Below, one piece after another: positions 44,565-55,176 of a stretch of 64,000 nucleotides of DNA (the stretch's first letter is position 1; each line of letters starts with the position of its first letter). Under the pieces are notes generated by a model that was not told where the DNA came from, did not search any database, and saw only the letters and a list, made by a program, of their open reading frames with translations. Both the position numbers and the translations under genes were made by a program. Origin of the DNA: Staphylococcus phage Twort; the sequence record NC_007021.1, one strand, 5' to 3'.

Positions 44565-47500
44565 CTAATTTAAAGGAATCCAATCACTAGTACTTGAAGT
44601 TCCTTTAGCAATATATACAGTAGAATCTACTATAGCTAGTTGTCCTTTATATAAAGGTGTACTAGAAATGCTTTCCGTAACACCTATTTGACTTATTGCT
44701 TCAAAAGATGCTTTACTTGAAAGGAATTCCCATGACACAGTACCATCTGATACTACACCCGATGAATGTACTGGTTGTGTGTTACCACTAACACCAGTTG
44801 TTGTTGCTTTATATACATAAGAACCGTTATATACGATTTGTCCTTGTGTATAGCTTGTACCTGTAATCCACTTAGTGTCACATGCTATACCTTCCGATGT
44901 ACATTTCCATTTATTTGGACTACCTTTAGTTAATACTCTAGATGTATTATTAATAATATCCCCTATTCTCCATGAACCTGATGTTGGTATTTTTGTTCCA
45001 TCTACTACTTTAGGTATATTATAAGCTATATTGTCTTTACTATAAGAATCTGTAGCATTTATGGATACACTTAAGTTTTTATTCATATTATTGTCTGTAA
45101 TACTGATACCACTACAACTTCCTTGAATATTTAGTGAGTCCGTACCATAATCAGATTTTATGTGGTTTCGACTGATATTACTGTCATTTAAATAGTTACA
45201 AAATACAATTCTTTCCGCTTTATTAGAGTAACTTCTAATAGTATTACCTTTTAGATTTATATCGTAAATAGGTTTGGAACTAGTTCCAGAATAGTATACG
45301 ACAACATTCTTCAATGTATCTGTGGTTTGTTTTATCGTATTATTCTGTATATCTATTTGATTGACTCCTGGGTATATTAAAATCTCATATCCTTCACTAC
45401 CTGATATATTGTTATTACTAATTACACCTTTACTTCCTCCTGTAATTGTAATACCGTTAGCAGGTTTTGTACTTAATTCACCTTTATTAGTATTATTAGA
45501 GACTACATTATTAGAGATTGTATAATTAGTTCCAGAAATACTTATACCTGAAAATTTATTTCCTATATGTATGTTATTACTTATAATAACATTTTCTGTT
45601 CCTGACTCAAAGCCACTGGAACCATTATTTTGTGAGATATTGTTTGTGTAATATCCGTTTCTAGTTCCTCCCATGTAGTTAAAGCCATTTTCTAAGCATT
45701 GGTATGCTGAACAATTATCTATTTCTATTTGTTCTGACCAACGGTAAAAGCCATCTACAGCCTGCATAGTACTTACAGCGTTAACCACATTACCTAAGAT
45801 GTTTTTACCGTGAACATTATACACTTTACAATTAGTACTTCCTTTGAATGCGATAGCAATAGAACGTGGTGATGCATATCTAAAGTCACCTACTCCATCC
45901 CACTCACCAACAAAAGACAATCCTTCTACTAGTACGTTATCACATCCAACAAATGAAAAACCTGTAAACACATCTCTACCACTAGATGACACGTCATCTA
46001 TAGAGTCTATGTATGCTTTGTTTATTCCCGTCATTTTTATAGTAGGATTACCTTCACCTTTAATATGGATATTACTACCAGTAATTTTTACACGAGATGG
46101 ATTTTGGACGGTAGGACTACTTGTTTTAAATAAGTACTCAGTACTTGTTTTAGGTACTATTAGCGTTCCTCCACCTTTAGATACTAATTCATCTAAAGCT
46201 CTTTGGAATCTAGGATAATCATTATCTTCATTTGACTGTCTAGGGTAGTTTTCTATATTTAAAATATTTTTGCTACTCGTAGTAACTACAGATGTTGTAG
46301 AGTTTGTAGTACCTATTTCTTGCCATGAGTTTCCAATTAATTCCCATCCAACAACGGAAGTGTTATTACTATTATAAACTCTTTCACCATATTTAAAGTC
46401 AGTTGTTAATGTTGGTTTAAAATGTGAATAAAAAACACTTTTAGAGTTTCTTTCAGGAACATTAGAGGTTTTCACAATATTATTAGGGTTAGTTGTTTCT
46501 AGTAATAGTCCTTGTAACGTTCCAGAAATCAAAACAACTACAGTTTTTACATCACTACTATTTACAGTAAAAGTATCTTTTTGTGCTGTATTAAAAGACC
46601 AAGCATTGTTTGTATCATAATAAATACCGTCTATCATTAAAGTATCTTTTCCGTTAGATTGTTTTCCTAGGTAATTACCGTTATAGTCAAAGCATTTAAT
46701 AAATATACCACTAGAATTACCTACAAAAGATAATTTAGATACCGTAATTTCGTCACCTTCTGACACATTATTCACATATAATACCATAGGGCAAGAACCC
46801 GTAAAAGTTAGCAATCCGTTAGAATCAATAAGGCTAGTAGATGTACTGTAATCGTAATACATTTCATCATTAAGAACAGTGGACTTTAATGGCTTTCTAA
46901 AAATATCCTTAACAGTGTGATAGTTACTTCCTAATCTTCTATATTCTTTACTAAAATCATTATTTCTATATAATGTGTACTTCTTGTTAGTATCCGTAAT
47001 AATCTTAGCAATACCACTTCTATGTAATTTAGCAGTTTCATTATTAACATACGTAATTTCGTGTTTTAACCCTAAAATAAAATCAGGAATAAACTTATTA
47101 TCTTTACTATGTGTTATATAATACTTACTTAAATCTTGTGTTGATAAGTCCATAACAGCAAATGTAGCATTATTATTTAACTCATATCTGTAACCCTTAA
47201 AAATAAATCCTACTGCTTTTTTAAGATAAATCATAATATAGTTATCTGACATACCATGAGCAGTTTCAAACTTAAACGAATCAAAAATGTTACTATTACC
47301 GCCGTACATATTTCCATTAGTAAGTGTTTGTCTTATGTTATAATATGTTTCTGGGTGTGTATTAAATGCTGTTCCACTATATGAAAATGCAGATTTATAA
47401 AAATGGTTACTATTCATCCATGATGGTTGACCTTTACCATCGTCACCATCAGAATTTAATTCTATAGATGTTTCATTATTTATAAAAAATTCTATAGTAG

Positions 47501-48707
47501 TATTGTTAAACCAATGCCCTTTACCTTCCGTAGCTCTGTGTTTACTTCCAGTTGTAAAACCTATTATTTCACTAATATGTGTTGTTACATTTTTACAGTT
47601 TACAAATTCAATACCAACGTAGTCTGAATTTTCAAACCCATGGTATCCTCCACCCCAACCTGGATATGAACCATTATCATATATACCTTTAATCTTAATA
47701 CTAGAAAAACTTATTGAATCTATCTTAACTGCTGTTCTATCCCTATTACCACGATAAACTATTTTAGCATCCGACACTAAATTAATATTTTTATTAATTA
47801 TTAACGTGCTATCTAAATAGATAGGTGATTCTTGTGCTGAGATATAAAGGGTATTTCCTTCTTCTGTAGCATTAATAGCACGTGTAAGTATTTGAACATC
47901 AGAAGTATCATTAGTAAGTTTCGGGAAGTTCTTAGATAAAACTTGAGGAACCTTACCAGAATCTAGGTAATCTTGTAATGTTCCAGTAAATCCTTGTTTT
48001 ACAGCTAGTTGATAGCTACTTAACCCATTAGCACCTTTTAAAGATTCTAACCATTCATTATATGTTCCTTCAAAGCCACTCTTAACAGCCAATTGATACG
48101 CACTAAGACCATCAGCACCTTGCTTCCCATTAGGGATAAGTGTTACAGAACCATCTGAAAACGATACTTTAACATTGTCTTCTTGAACTTCTGAAGATAA
48201 TACTGTTATGGATTCACCATCTTTACCATCCAACCCATCTTCACCTTTCAATGAGTTAAGAAAATCTTCTTTAGTTCCTTCATTACCTTGACCTAACCAC
48301 ACATCGTATGCTGAAGCACCATCTATAATATTTATACCTGGTTCTCCCTTTTCCCCTTTATCACCTTTTAGTGAGTTTAAGAACTCATCAATAGTCCCTT
48401 TATTACCTTGGTCTAGCCATATCTTATATGCTGAATCTCCTTTTAGAGAATCTAGATTATCATCGTTTATATCACTAAACTGAACAATGAATACCTGCTC
48501 AAATTGCTGTTTGTCAGTAGTGAATGAAGGCACGTTTACTTTTGTAGTTTCAACGCCCTTTATCAACCATGATACTTTAAATTCACCAGTATCATATTTT
48601 GAACCTGGTGCTAGGTTACGGGCTACTACCTCTCCTAGATTTGTTGAGACACTAGTTCTGTCTATGATTTCATTATTCTTATTATACAATAGTAACTCTT
48701 TTTCCAA
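44565..48707 (-). CDS. large fibre-like protein: N-terminal Ig-like domain, four repeats of about 33 aa with short Gly-X-Y runs, and a C-terminal right-handed beta-helix (pectin-lyase fold)
   Basis: 1380 aa. Repeats SAY..WL.QGN.GT...FLNSLKG(D/E).G. NN.SxN and NNxIxxN ladders typical of a parallel beta-helix. The N-terminus is similar to ORFs 7669 and 8199. Confidence 0.8.
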   Translation of the reverse strand: MEKELLLYNKNNEIIDRTSVSTNLGEVVARNLAPGSKYDTGEFKVSWLIKGVETTKVNVPSFTTDKQQFEQVFIVQFSDINDDNLDSLKGDSAYKIWLDQGNKGTIDEFLNSLKGDKGEKGEPGINIIDGASAYDVWLGQGNEGTKEDFLNSLKGEDGLDGKDGESITVLSSEVQEDNVKVSFSDGSVTLIPNGKQGADGLSAYQLAVKSGFEGTYNEWLESLKGANGLSSYQLAVKQGFTGTLQDYLDSGKVPQVLSKNFPKLTNDTSDVQILTRAINATEEGNTLYISAQESPIYLDSTLIINKNINLVSDAKIVYRGNRDRTAVKIDSISFSSIKIKGIYDNGSYPGWGGGYHGFENSDYVGIEFVNCKNVTTHISEIIGFTTGSKHRATEGKGHWFNNTTIEFFINNETSIELNSDGDDGKGQPSWMNSNHFYKSAFSYSGTAFNTHPETYYNIRQTLTNGNMYGGNSNIFDSFKFETAHGMSDNYIMIYLKKAVGFIFKGYRYELNNNATFAVMDLSTQDLSKYYITHSKDNKFIPDFILGLKHEITYVNNETAKLHRSGIAKIITDTNKKYTLYRNNDFSKEYRRLGSNYHTVKDIFRKPLKSTVLNDEMYYDYSTSTSLIDSNGLLTFTGSCPMVLYVNNVSEGDEITVSKLSFVGNSSGIFIKCFDYNGNYLGKQSNGKDTLMIDGIYYDTNNAWSFNTAQKDTFTVNSSDVKTVVVLISGTLQGLLLETTNPNNIVKTSNVPERNSKSVFYSHFKPTLTTDFKYGERVYNSNNTSVVGWELIGNSWQEIGTTNSTTSVVTTSSKNILNIENYPRQSNEDNDYPRFQRALDELVSKGGGTLIVPKTSTEYLFKTSSPTVQNPSRVKITGSNIHIKGEGNPTIKMTGINKAYIDSIDDVSSSGRDVFTGFSFVGCDNVLVEGLSFVGEWDGVGDFRYASPRSIAIAFKGSTNCKVYNVHGKNILGNVVNAVSTMQAVDGFYRWSEQIEIDNCSAYQCLENGFNYMGGTRNGYYTNNISQNNGSSGFESGTENVIISNNIHIGNKFSGISISGTNYTISNNVVSNNTNKGELSTKPANGITITGGSKGVISNNNISGSEGYEILIYPGVNQIDIQNNTIKQTTDTLKNVVVYYSGTSSKPIYDINLKGNTIRSYSNKAERIVFCNYLNDSNISRNHIKSDYGTDSLNIQGSCSGISITDNNMNKNLSVSINATDSYSKDNIAYNIPKVVDGTKIPTSGSWRIGDIINNTSRVLTKGSPNKWKCTSEGIACDTKWITGTSYTQGQIVYNGSYVYKATTTGVSGNTQPVHSSGVVSDGTVSWEFLSSKASFEAISQIGVTESISSTPLYKGQLAIVDSTVYIAKGTSSTSDWIPLN

Positions 48708-49172
48708 CTAAATACCACCTTTTTTGATTGCATCTTCATAAGAAGATGTGTATTCTACTTCATATCCTTTAATAATACTTGAAGATAAAAATAAATTTTT
48801 ATAAAAAGAATTTAACTCTATATCTTCACCATCTTTTAATAACTTTATAGTATTATCTAGTTCTTCTTTGGTATAGTCTTCCTTTGATATAGTAATACAG
48901 TCTACATCTGTGTAAATCTTTATTTCTTTTATCATCAAAACATCCTTACTAAATATTTGGTTATAATTATCTATATCTGTAGGTTTTCCTTTATAGTTGT
49001 TATTAATTAAGTTATCTACTCTTTTACGTAAAAGATTATCAAATTTATCACATTCTTTTACTATTTTGTTGTACTCAGAGGGTATAAGAGTTTTCTTAGC
49101 GTACTCTAGATGCCAAAACCTACTACTATTTATTAAGTAATCAAACAATCTTTTTATTTCTTTATTGTCCAT
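48708..49172 (-). CDS. hypothetical protein
   Basis: 154-aa ORF. Confidence 0.6.
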   Translation of the reverse strand: MDNKEIKRLFDYLINSSRFWHLEYAKKTLIPSEYNKIVKECDKFDNLLRKRVDNLINNNYKGKPTDIDNYNQIFSKDVLMIKEIKIYTDVDCITISKEDYTKEELDNTIKLLKDGEDIELNSFYKNLFLSSSIIKGYEVEYTSSYEDAIKKGGI

Positions 49173-49352
49173 ATGTGACCCCCAAGCGTAATAGTATACA
49201 TATATAATATAAGAAAAAGCCCACTATAAAGCGGACTTATCTAGTATGCAATATATTCATTTGGTAATTCTATTTCATCATCTTTGTAGTAGTCTTTATA
49301 CTTTTTAACTATCACCAATGATAGTAATATTAACATAAAATAAATAATAAAT

Positions 49353-49679
49353 TTATCCATTAAGTTCCCCTATTAATTCAAAAAAATCATCAATATCTTT
49401 TTTAGTATATTCCTTATTATCAAATATGGATTTATCTAATTTATGGTTTAGTAAATCATACATATCATAAAGACTGTTACATGATGAAAACTCTTTAAAA
49501 TTAGTAGATACTAGAATAATTTCCCCATCTACTTTTACTCGAGCAACATAATAATGCTCTAACTCATCTAATCCTAAATGTGCTGTTTTATTATGGTCTA
49601 GTACTTCTGCATTACTTACATGCTCATAATACTGCTCACAAAAGTATTCAATTAACCCTTTATTCATAAAATCCCTCAT
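49353..49679 (-). CDS. hypothetical protein
   Basis: 108-aa ORF. Confidence 0.55.
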   Translation of the reverse strand: MRDFMNKGLIEYFCEQYYEHVSNAEVLDHNKTAHLGLDELEHYYVARVKVDGEIILVSTNFKEFSSCNSLYDMYDLLNHKLDKSIFDNKEYTKKDIDDFFELIGELNG

Positions 49680-50061
49680 TCACTAAATGTTCTTTTAGTC
49701 TGAAGTAGTAATTATAAATCTTATTAACTTCTTTTTCTTCATTGTCCTTGCGACCTAAACGAACAGTGTATTTAATAATATTAAATAACATAGCATCTAC
49801 AAAACCATTTAATTGTTCTTCTGTAAAACTAATAACATCTACATTATTATCAGAAGAATCGGAATAATGTTTAGGTGTTTCTACTTTAGGTTCAATTTCA
49901 AATTCGTTTAATAAATCTTTTACACTTTCTTCTAGTTTTTTAAAGTGTCTAGGGTGTTGAGATACATTAGTACAAGCTTCTACTAATTCTTGCTTAATAA
50001 GTAATAAATCTACATCTTCCCCGTTATTTTGATGAAATAAAATAAATTCTTTAGATTCCAT
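49660..50061 (-). CDS. hypothetical protein
   Basis: 133-aa ORF. Confidence 0.6.
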   Translation of the reverse strand: MESKEFILFHQNNGEDVDLLLIKQELVEACTNVSQHPRHFKKLEESVKDLLNEFEIEPKVETPKHYSDSSDNNVDVISFTEEQLNGFVDAMLFNIIKYTVRLGRKDNEEKEVNKIYNYYFRLKEHLVNEGFYE

Positions 50062-50117
50062 AAAATCTTCCTTTCATTTTTAAATACAAGTAAAGTATAC
50101 CATATACAATTAAAAAA

Positions 50118-50152
50118 GTCAATAAAAAAATGAGAGGCATTAAAGCCTCTCA
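50118..50152 (-). terminator. minus-strand rho-independent terminator downstream of dut
   Basis: TGAGAGGC-attaaa-GCCTCTCA, followed in the minus-strand reading by TTTTTTTATT. Confidence 0.75.
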
Positions 50153-50211
50153 CCAAAGGAAAGATTATGATGTTATGGAATGTATCTATTTGATACATTT
50201 ATAATATAACA

Positions 50212-50637
50212 TTAGTCTAATCCAGTAGAACCGAAACCACCACGTTCACTAGTCTTATCAAATTCCTCTACAACAACAGGTTTAGGGTATACTACAGGTG
50301 CAATAACTAACTGCGCAATCTTTTTACCCTTTTCAATTTTTTGTGTTGTACCTCCTATATTATCTACCATAACTTTAATTTCTAAATTGTAACCAAAGTC
50401 TATACTTCCAAACTGAACACGTAAATTTGTTTTTGCTGTGATACCTGACTTAGGTCTTACTTGTGCTTCATACCCTGTTGGTAGGTTAATAGCGATGCCA
50501 GTAGATACTAACGTTTTACTACAAGGTTTAATATCAATATCCTCTACTGCATATAAATCTAACCCGCTATCATACATATTAGCTCTAACTGGTACTTTTG
50601 CATCTTTATGTAATAATTTAATTTCTAAATTTTCCAT
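50212..50637 (-). CDS. dut: dUTP diphosphatase (dUTPase)
   Basis: Motifs SGLDL, GSIDFGYNLEI and RGGFGSTG. Confidence 0.85.
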   Translation of the reverse strand: MENLEIKLLHKDAKVPVRANMYDSGLDLYAVEDIDIKPCSKTLVSTGIAINLPTGYEAQVRPKSGITAKTNLRVQFGSIDFGYNLEIKVMVDNIGGTTQKIEKGKKIAQLVIAPVVYPKPVVVEEFDKTSERGGFGSTGLD

Positions 50638-50813
50638 GTAATCCTCCTAAGTAAAATCCTTAATGTCATAATCAATTAATGATACATCTTCAAAATAATC
50701 AGAATGCAATACTAAAGATTTTTCTAATTTATCTTTAATTTCTTGTGTTTCATCCTCATTTTCTACATTCACTCTTACTTTTGCTTTAATAGTAACAATG
50801 TAAGTTTCTTCCA

Positions 50814-51020
50814 TTATTTAATTATTCCTTTCAATAAATAATATCTTTCTAGTATTTCATTGTAAAGACTAATCATACTATCATCTAAGTCCTTACTTTC
50901 TAGGTAATTAATAAGTTTTTCTACTTCTTCTTCACTTAATACAATAACTTTTTCCATATAAGTACCTCCTACCAAAACAGTATAACATAAAAAAAGAACG
51001 CTGTCAAGCGTCCTCTTCAT
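50814..51020 (-). CDS. hypothetical protein
   Basis: 68-aa ORF. Confidence 0.45.
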   Translation of the reverse strand: MKRTLDSVLFLCYTVLVGGTYMEKVIVLSEEEVEKLINYLESKDLDDSMISLYNEILERYYLLKGIIK

Positions 51021-51255
51021 GAATTTCGTATATAGTTTTTTTAGTTAAATTTATAGGTTTATATCCTTTATCTACTAATAGTAGTACACGTCTACTATTT
51101 TTAAAATTAATAGTATTAGGGAAAGATAAAGCAAGTTCTACATTTGGTGTAAATTCTGTAGGCTCACCTAAGTAATCTGTTGCTTTGATGTACATGTTAC
51201 CATCTTTAAAAACTATAACGTTTTCATTTTCTACCTCAGTCCTTTTAAGAATCAT
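51004..51255 (-). CDS. hypothetical protein
   Basis: 83-aa ORF. Confidence 0.5.
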   Translation of the reverse strand: MILKRTEVENENVIVFKDGNMYIKATDYLGEPTEFTPNVELALSFPNTINFKNSRRVLLLVDKGYKPINLTKKTIYEIHEEDA

Positions 51256-51266
51256 AAAAAAACCAC

Positions 51267-51584
51267 CTAATACCCTACTATTATTTTACTTCCTACTATT
51301 AAACTAATATCTTTATTTAGTTTTTCTAATTCTTTAACAGTAGTATTATATTCTTCTGCTATTGATTTTAAGGTATCATTTTCATCTACTATATGCACAA
51401 TAGGATACCTATATATTAGACAATACTTAAAACCTGTTAAAGATACCGATTTAATACCATTAAGTTCTTGTAATCTGTCGATACACACTCCATACTTTTT
51501 ACTTAAAGTCCATAATGTTTCCCCTGGTTTTACTTCATGGTAAAATTTATTACCAACCCTTTTTAAATCCTTTATTAAATCCAC
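51267..51584 (-). CDS. LysM-domain protein (two LysM repeats)
   Basis: GETLWTLSKKYGVCIDRLQELNGI and NDTLKSIAEEYNTTVKELEKLN. Confidence 0.7.
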   Translation of the reverse strand: MDLIKDLKRVGNKFYHEVKPGETLWTLSKKYGVCIDRLQELNGIKSVSLTGFKYCLIYRYPIVHIVDENDTLKSIAEEYNTTVKELEKLNKDISLIVGSKIIVGY

Positions 51585-52167
51585 GATTACGACCCCTTTT
51601 TTCGTAAAAGTCGGCTTGGAAATAACAAATTAGTATTAATAACATATTAACAAGTTCGGTAATAACAATATGAGGTGTCGTATTAGTTAATACCATACTA
51701 ACCGATAGTAAACCAATGGCAAAACCTATAATAAGATATAGCCACTTGTTAGTTCCATCAGACTGTTTAGTTTTATAGAACTGTATAATCTGGCTTATAT
51801 AAGCTAGTATAATGGATAATGTAGCTACTGTCTGTGTTACTTCTACTTTAGAGCCAAACGTAAATAAAAAGAGAGAAAGAATAACTATAAATACAAATAT
51901 AAACAAATCTTTCTTTCTAAATACTACTACAAGTAGACAAACAATACCTAATAGTAAATTAATACCTACCGATATTATTTGAAAATTCGTTGATTCTGTA
52001 TGTAGTAAGTTATAAAAACTAATACCTACAGTAGTTATGATAAGATACCAGAACCATCTAGATACCCCATCAACATTTCTATCTTTTACTAGAGATTTTA
52101 AACCAGGAATATACCCAATCGTAATTAATATAGCATACATTGTACTAAAAAATAGAGCAATATCCAT
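51550..52167 (-). CDS. polytopic membrane protein (5-6 TM segments)
   Basis: Hydrophobic 205-aa ORF. PnuC-like transporter is possible but unverified. Confidence 0.6.
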   Translation of the reverse strand: MDIALFFSTMYAILITIGYIPGLKSLVKDRNVDGVSRWFWYLIITTVGISFYNLLHTESTNFQIISVGINLLLGIVCLLVVVFRKKDLFIFVFIVILSLFLFTFGSKVEVTQTVATLSIILAYISQIIQFYKTKQSDGTNKWLYLIIGFAIGLLSVSMVLTNTTPHIVITELVNMLLILICYFQADFYEKRGRNRGFNKGFKKGW

Positions 52168-52787
52168 TAAGATTCAGCACCTAACTTTTCTAATTCTTCT
52201 AATACTTCTTCCCATGAAATAAATCCTTTTCCATTGGTTAGTGACAGAATCATGCCAAATATAAATTGGTTTGTGCTAAATTCAGCTCTATCAGGGTCAT
52301 TATAAGGTTTGCCATGCCCTTGTCTAATGTCTGAACAGTAAATTAAAACAGGTTTATTTAATATAATTTTTTGTTCTGCTATCAAACCTTGTAGAATGTC
52401 ATACTCCTCTGATAGTTCATCAAATTCATTAAGCATAAAAATATCAGCCTGTTCTTCTAATTGTTTTATAGTTTTTTGTGCTTGATGTTTCATACCTAGT
52501 AAAATACCAAGTTCTGCAATTGTTCCTAGTCCCTCATTAAGTATATCAAACACAAATACATCTGACTCTTGCATTGCTTTAAAGTCATTGTTTAAAATGC
52601 GCTCTGCTAAACCTTCTTGAACTGCATTTTCTTTATCATTAATTGATTTGTCCTTATGCGGGCTATACGGAGTTATCCCAACAATACCTTCTACCCTATC
52701 ATGTTGTTTTTCTCTGTACTCAATCATTGCTTGGTTGAGTAGGTGACCTCCTAAGTATACTACTTTATCTTTAATCTCATTTGCCAT
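52167..52787 (-). CDS. nucleoside 2-deoxyribosyltransferase-like protein
   Basis: Rossmann-like VVYLGG...; NEGLGTIAELGILLG resembles the DDGTAFE(L/I)GYA catalytic region. Family-level inference. Confidence 0.5.
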   Translation of the reverse strand: MANEIKDKVVYLGGHLLNQAMIEYREKQHDRVEGIVGITPYSPHKDKSINDKENAVQEGLAERILNNDFKAMQESDVFVFDILNEGLGTIAELGILLGMKHQAQKTIKQLEEQADIFMLNEFDELSEEYDILQGLIAEQKIILNKPVLIYCSDIRQGHGKPYNDPDRAEFSTNQFIFGMILSLTNGKGFISWEEVLEELEKLGAES

Positions 52788-52792
52788 TATTT

Positions 52793-53260
52793 CTATCCTT
52801 TCTTTACTTTATGTAATATTTTAATATACGTCTTTATTTTTGTAATTGTTGTTATTTTATTTCCATTACTATTTACTACTTTTTGTTTTCTTAAATCCAT
52901 ATAGTAGTCATTATATTTTTTATCTACTATTGTTATTCCCTCTTCTGTACCTTGTCCTTGCATAATACTATACCTATAGTATACTTCTTTATAAGTAAAG
53001 AATAAATCATACCCAAAATCAGTATATTCTAAGAATAAAGTATTATATCTAGATAGTTTAATTTTATTATGTTCTAATATTTTTATTAGAAATTTACCTT
53101 GTTTTCTTTTGTAAGAGTTTTCATAATTTAAATCATTTGTTTCAAATGGTAGTATACTATCTAAATTATAATCATTATTTTTAATTTTATTCTCTAACAT
53201 TTTTTCTTCTTCTAACTCTTGTTTAAGCTCATTAATTAAATATTGTAACTTATCGTCCAT
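52793..53260 (-). CDS. hypothetical protein
   Basis: 155-aa ORF. Confidence 0.6.
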   Translation of the reverse strand: MDDKLQYLINELKQELEEEKMLENKIKNNDYNLDSILPFETNDLNYENSYKRKQGKFLIKILEHNKIKLSRYNTLFLEYTDFGYDLFFTYKEVYYRYSIMQGQGTEEGITIVDKKYNDYYMDLRKQKVVNSNGNKITTITKIKTYIKILHKVKKG

Positions 53261-53272
53261 ACTTATCTCCTA

Positions 53273-53536
53273 TTACTTAACATATTTTTTAACATAGTTA
53301 CTATATTCATTTAATTCTTTTCTATCGGGGTACTTAATAACTAGTAATCCCATAATACCCAAACTAACAAATGGTAATACAGTTAATAACCCTATAAAAC
53401 CTACCGTAGTATTTAAGAAGAAAATTAAAGCATCTAATGTTATATATAAAATAGCTATAACAAAAGATAGTACTATAAGAATAAAAAACTTTGTTAGTAA
53501 ATCAGAACGTTGTATTTTCTTAGATAATTTTTTCAT
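53273..53536 (-). CDS. small membrane protein
   Basis: Two TM segments, RBS AGGAGG, and a promoter at 53561-53589. Confidence 0.6.
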   Translation of the reverse strand: MKKLSKKIQRSDLLTKFFILIVLSFVIAILYITLDALIFFLNTTVGFIGLLTVLPFVSLGIMGLLVIKYPDRKELNEYSNYVKKYVK

Positions 53537-53560
53537 AAATGTAACCTCCTATTTACTATT

Positions 53561-53589
53561 ATTTTAGCATATAGGAGGTTATATGTCAA
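53561..53589 (-). promoter_or_regulatory. sigma-70-type promoter on the minus strand (TTGACA-17-TAAAAT)
   Basis: Plus-strand TGTCAA at 53584-53589 and ATTTTA at 53561-53566. Confidence 0.6.
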
Positions 53590-53606
53590 CGTTTTATTTT
53601 ATGTTC

Positions 53607-54359
53607 CTACCATTTAAAATTATCAGCATAGTTTGATAGTTCTGAACGGAAATTACGAGTGAGTGTATGTTCTCTGGATTTTTCATACCCTCTAAAATAC
53701 TCTAAATAAGGAACAAAACCTGATTTACTCTCATTTTTCAAATCTATCTGTACGCTAGAGCCAATACATAGCGCTTTATTTCCTTTTTTAAATCGAGTGA
53801 GTGTTTTCTTTATATCATTACGCTTAAAGTTTTGAGTCTCATCTAAAATCATTGTACTAGAAATATTAACGCCACGTAAATGTATATGGCTTACTGCATG
53901 AATCCAACAATCATCAAAAGATTTTTCGTTAAAGTTTTCTAATGTTTCTTCTGCCATTTCATAAATAGCTCTTTCAGGTATAACCCCAAGTTCTAATAAT
54001 GCATCATATAAAGCCCCAAAGTAAACGCTCTCTTTTGAAAATTTTGAGCCTGGGAGTGCCCCGATGTCATCTGAAACAGGTGAAATAATATAATACATTG
54101 TCTTTCCTTTATTTAAGTATTCTGCATAAGCCAAAGCAATTGATAGAAAAGATTTCCCAGTTCCTGCTCGTGAGTCTGACCATATAATCTCTACTTCATC
54201 ATCAAAAAAATCTTCTGCAAAATCTAACTGTTCATCACTAGCCTTGCTTAAAAAATCATGGAATACACTATGTTGTACCATGTTATACTTTACATTTGGA
54301 TAATCTCTTAATTTGTACTCTAATTCTTTAGCCGTTTTTGTCATGGTTACATTTACCAA
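53607..54359 (-). CDS. PhoH-like ATPase
   Basis: Walker A SRAGTGKS and Walker-B-like ILDETQNF. Confidence 0.75.
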   Translation of the reverse strand: MVNVTMTKTAKELEYKLRDYPNVKYNMVQHSVFHDFLSKASDEQLDFAEDFFDDEVEIIWSDSRAGTGKSFLSIALAYAEYLNKGKTMYYIISPVSDDIGALPGSKFSKESVYFGALYDALLELGVIPERAIYEMAEETLENFNEKSFDDCWIHAVSHIHLRGVNISSTMILDETQNFKRNDIKKTLTRFKKGNKALCIGSSVQIDLKNESKSGFVPYLEYFRGYEKSREHTLTRNFRSELSNYADNFKW

Positions 54360-54471
54360 CTTTCAAGAGTTTTATAGTACTTCACTTACTAATATAAGAT
54401 TTATTTTAGTATACCATAAATTAGTAATTAATGCAATAAAAAACTACCTAACTCAATAGGTAGTTAATTTA

Positions 54472-55176
54472 TTACATTCCCCAAGCACTTAATCCTTGTG
54501 CTTTATATGCTTTTGTTGCACTATTAATTTGGTCTTGTACTGTTGCCGTACTACCCCAACCTGGCATTGTTTGAAATAATCCTCTAGCGCCACTAGGGTT
54601 CTGAGCATTTACTTGACCATTAGACTCACGAGCAATGATTGCTTCCCAAGTAGATGCGGGTACTCCTGTTCTAGCTTCCATTTCTTTTGAAGCAGATAAC
54701 CCAGTTTCACCTGCTGTATTTCCGTTACCTAGTTTTACTGTACCTACTTGTGTACTCTTATTTTGTGGTTCTTGTATTGTAATTGGTTGTGTATGTTGTT
54801 CTTTATTTTCAGTAGTATACTCTACATTATTCTTTGTGTTATTTTGTTCTAAGGATGCTAACTGAGAACTTGTATTGTTTACTTGTCCATCTGTACCTTG
54901 GTGGTAATCATAACCAAAGTATCCATTATAACTGTAGAAGTGGTAAGTGAACCCTTCTAATACAAATGAGAAGTCATAGTTACCTTCTTGAATAGGTTTA
55001 GTTACTAAGTCCTCTGAGTTTGTTTGAGCCTTATTTGCTAGAGTTGCATAATCAATTTCATCAGCACTAGCTTTATCTGAAATACCTCCAAACGTTAAGG
55101 CTGTTCCTAAAACTAATGATGCTAAAATTGTCTTCTTCAAAATAAAAACTCCTTTATTTTTAGTATTTATAATCAC
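54472..55176 (-). CDS. secreted transglycosylase-like protein (IsaA/SceD-type domain at the C-terminus)
   Basis: Signal peptide, and a C-terminal segment ...ARESNGQVNAQNPSGARGLFQTMPGWG. Confidence 0.7.
   Translation of the reverse strand: MIINTKNKGVFILKKTILASLVLGTALTFGGISDKASADEIDYATLANKAQTNSEDLVTKPIQEGNYDFSFVLEGFTYHFYSYNGYFGYDYHQGTDGQVNNTSSQLASLEQNNTKNNVEYTTENKEQHTQPITIQEPQNKSTQVGTVKLGNGNTAGETGLSASKEMEARTGVPASTWEAIIARESNGQVNAQNPSGARGLFQTMPGWGSTATVQDQINSATKAYKAQGLSAWGM

Noticed and set aside
44565-48707. Collagen-like protein call for the 1380-aa ORF
   Set aside because: Only two short Gly-X-Y runs of 4-5 triplets are present. These belong to fibre-shaft repeats, not a collagen triple-helix domain.
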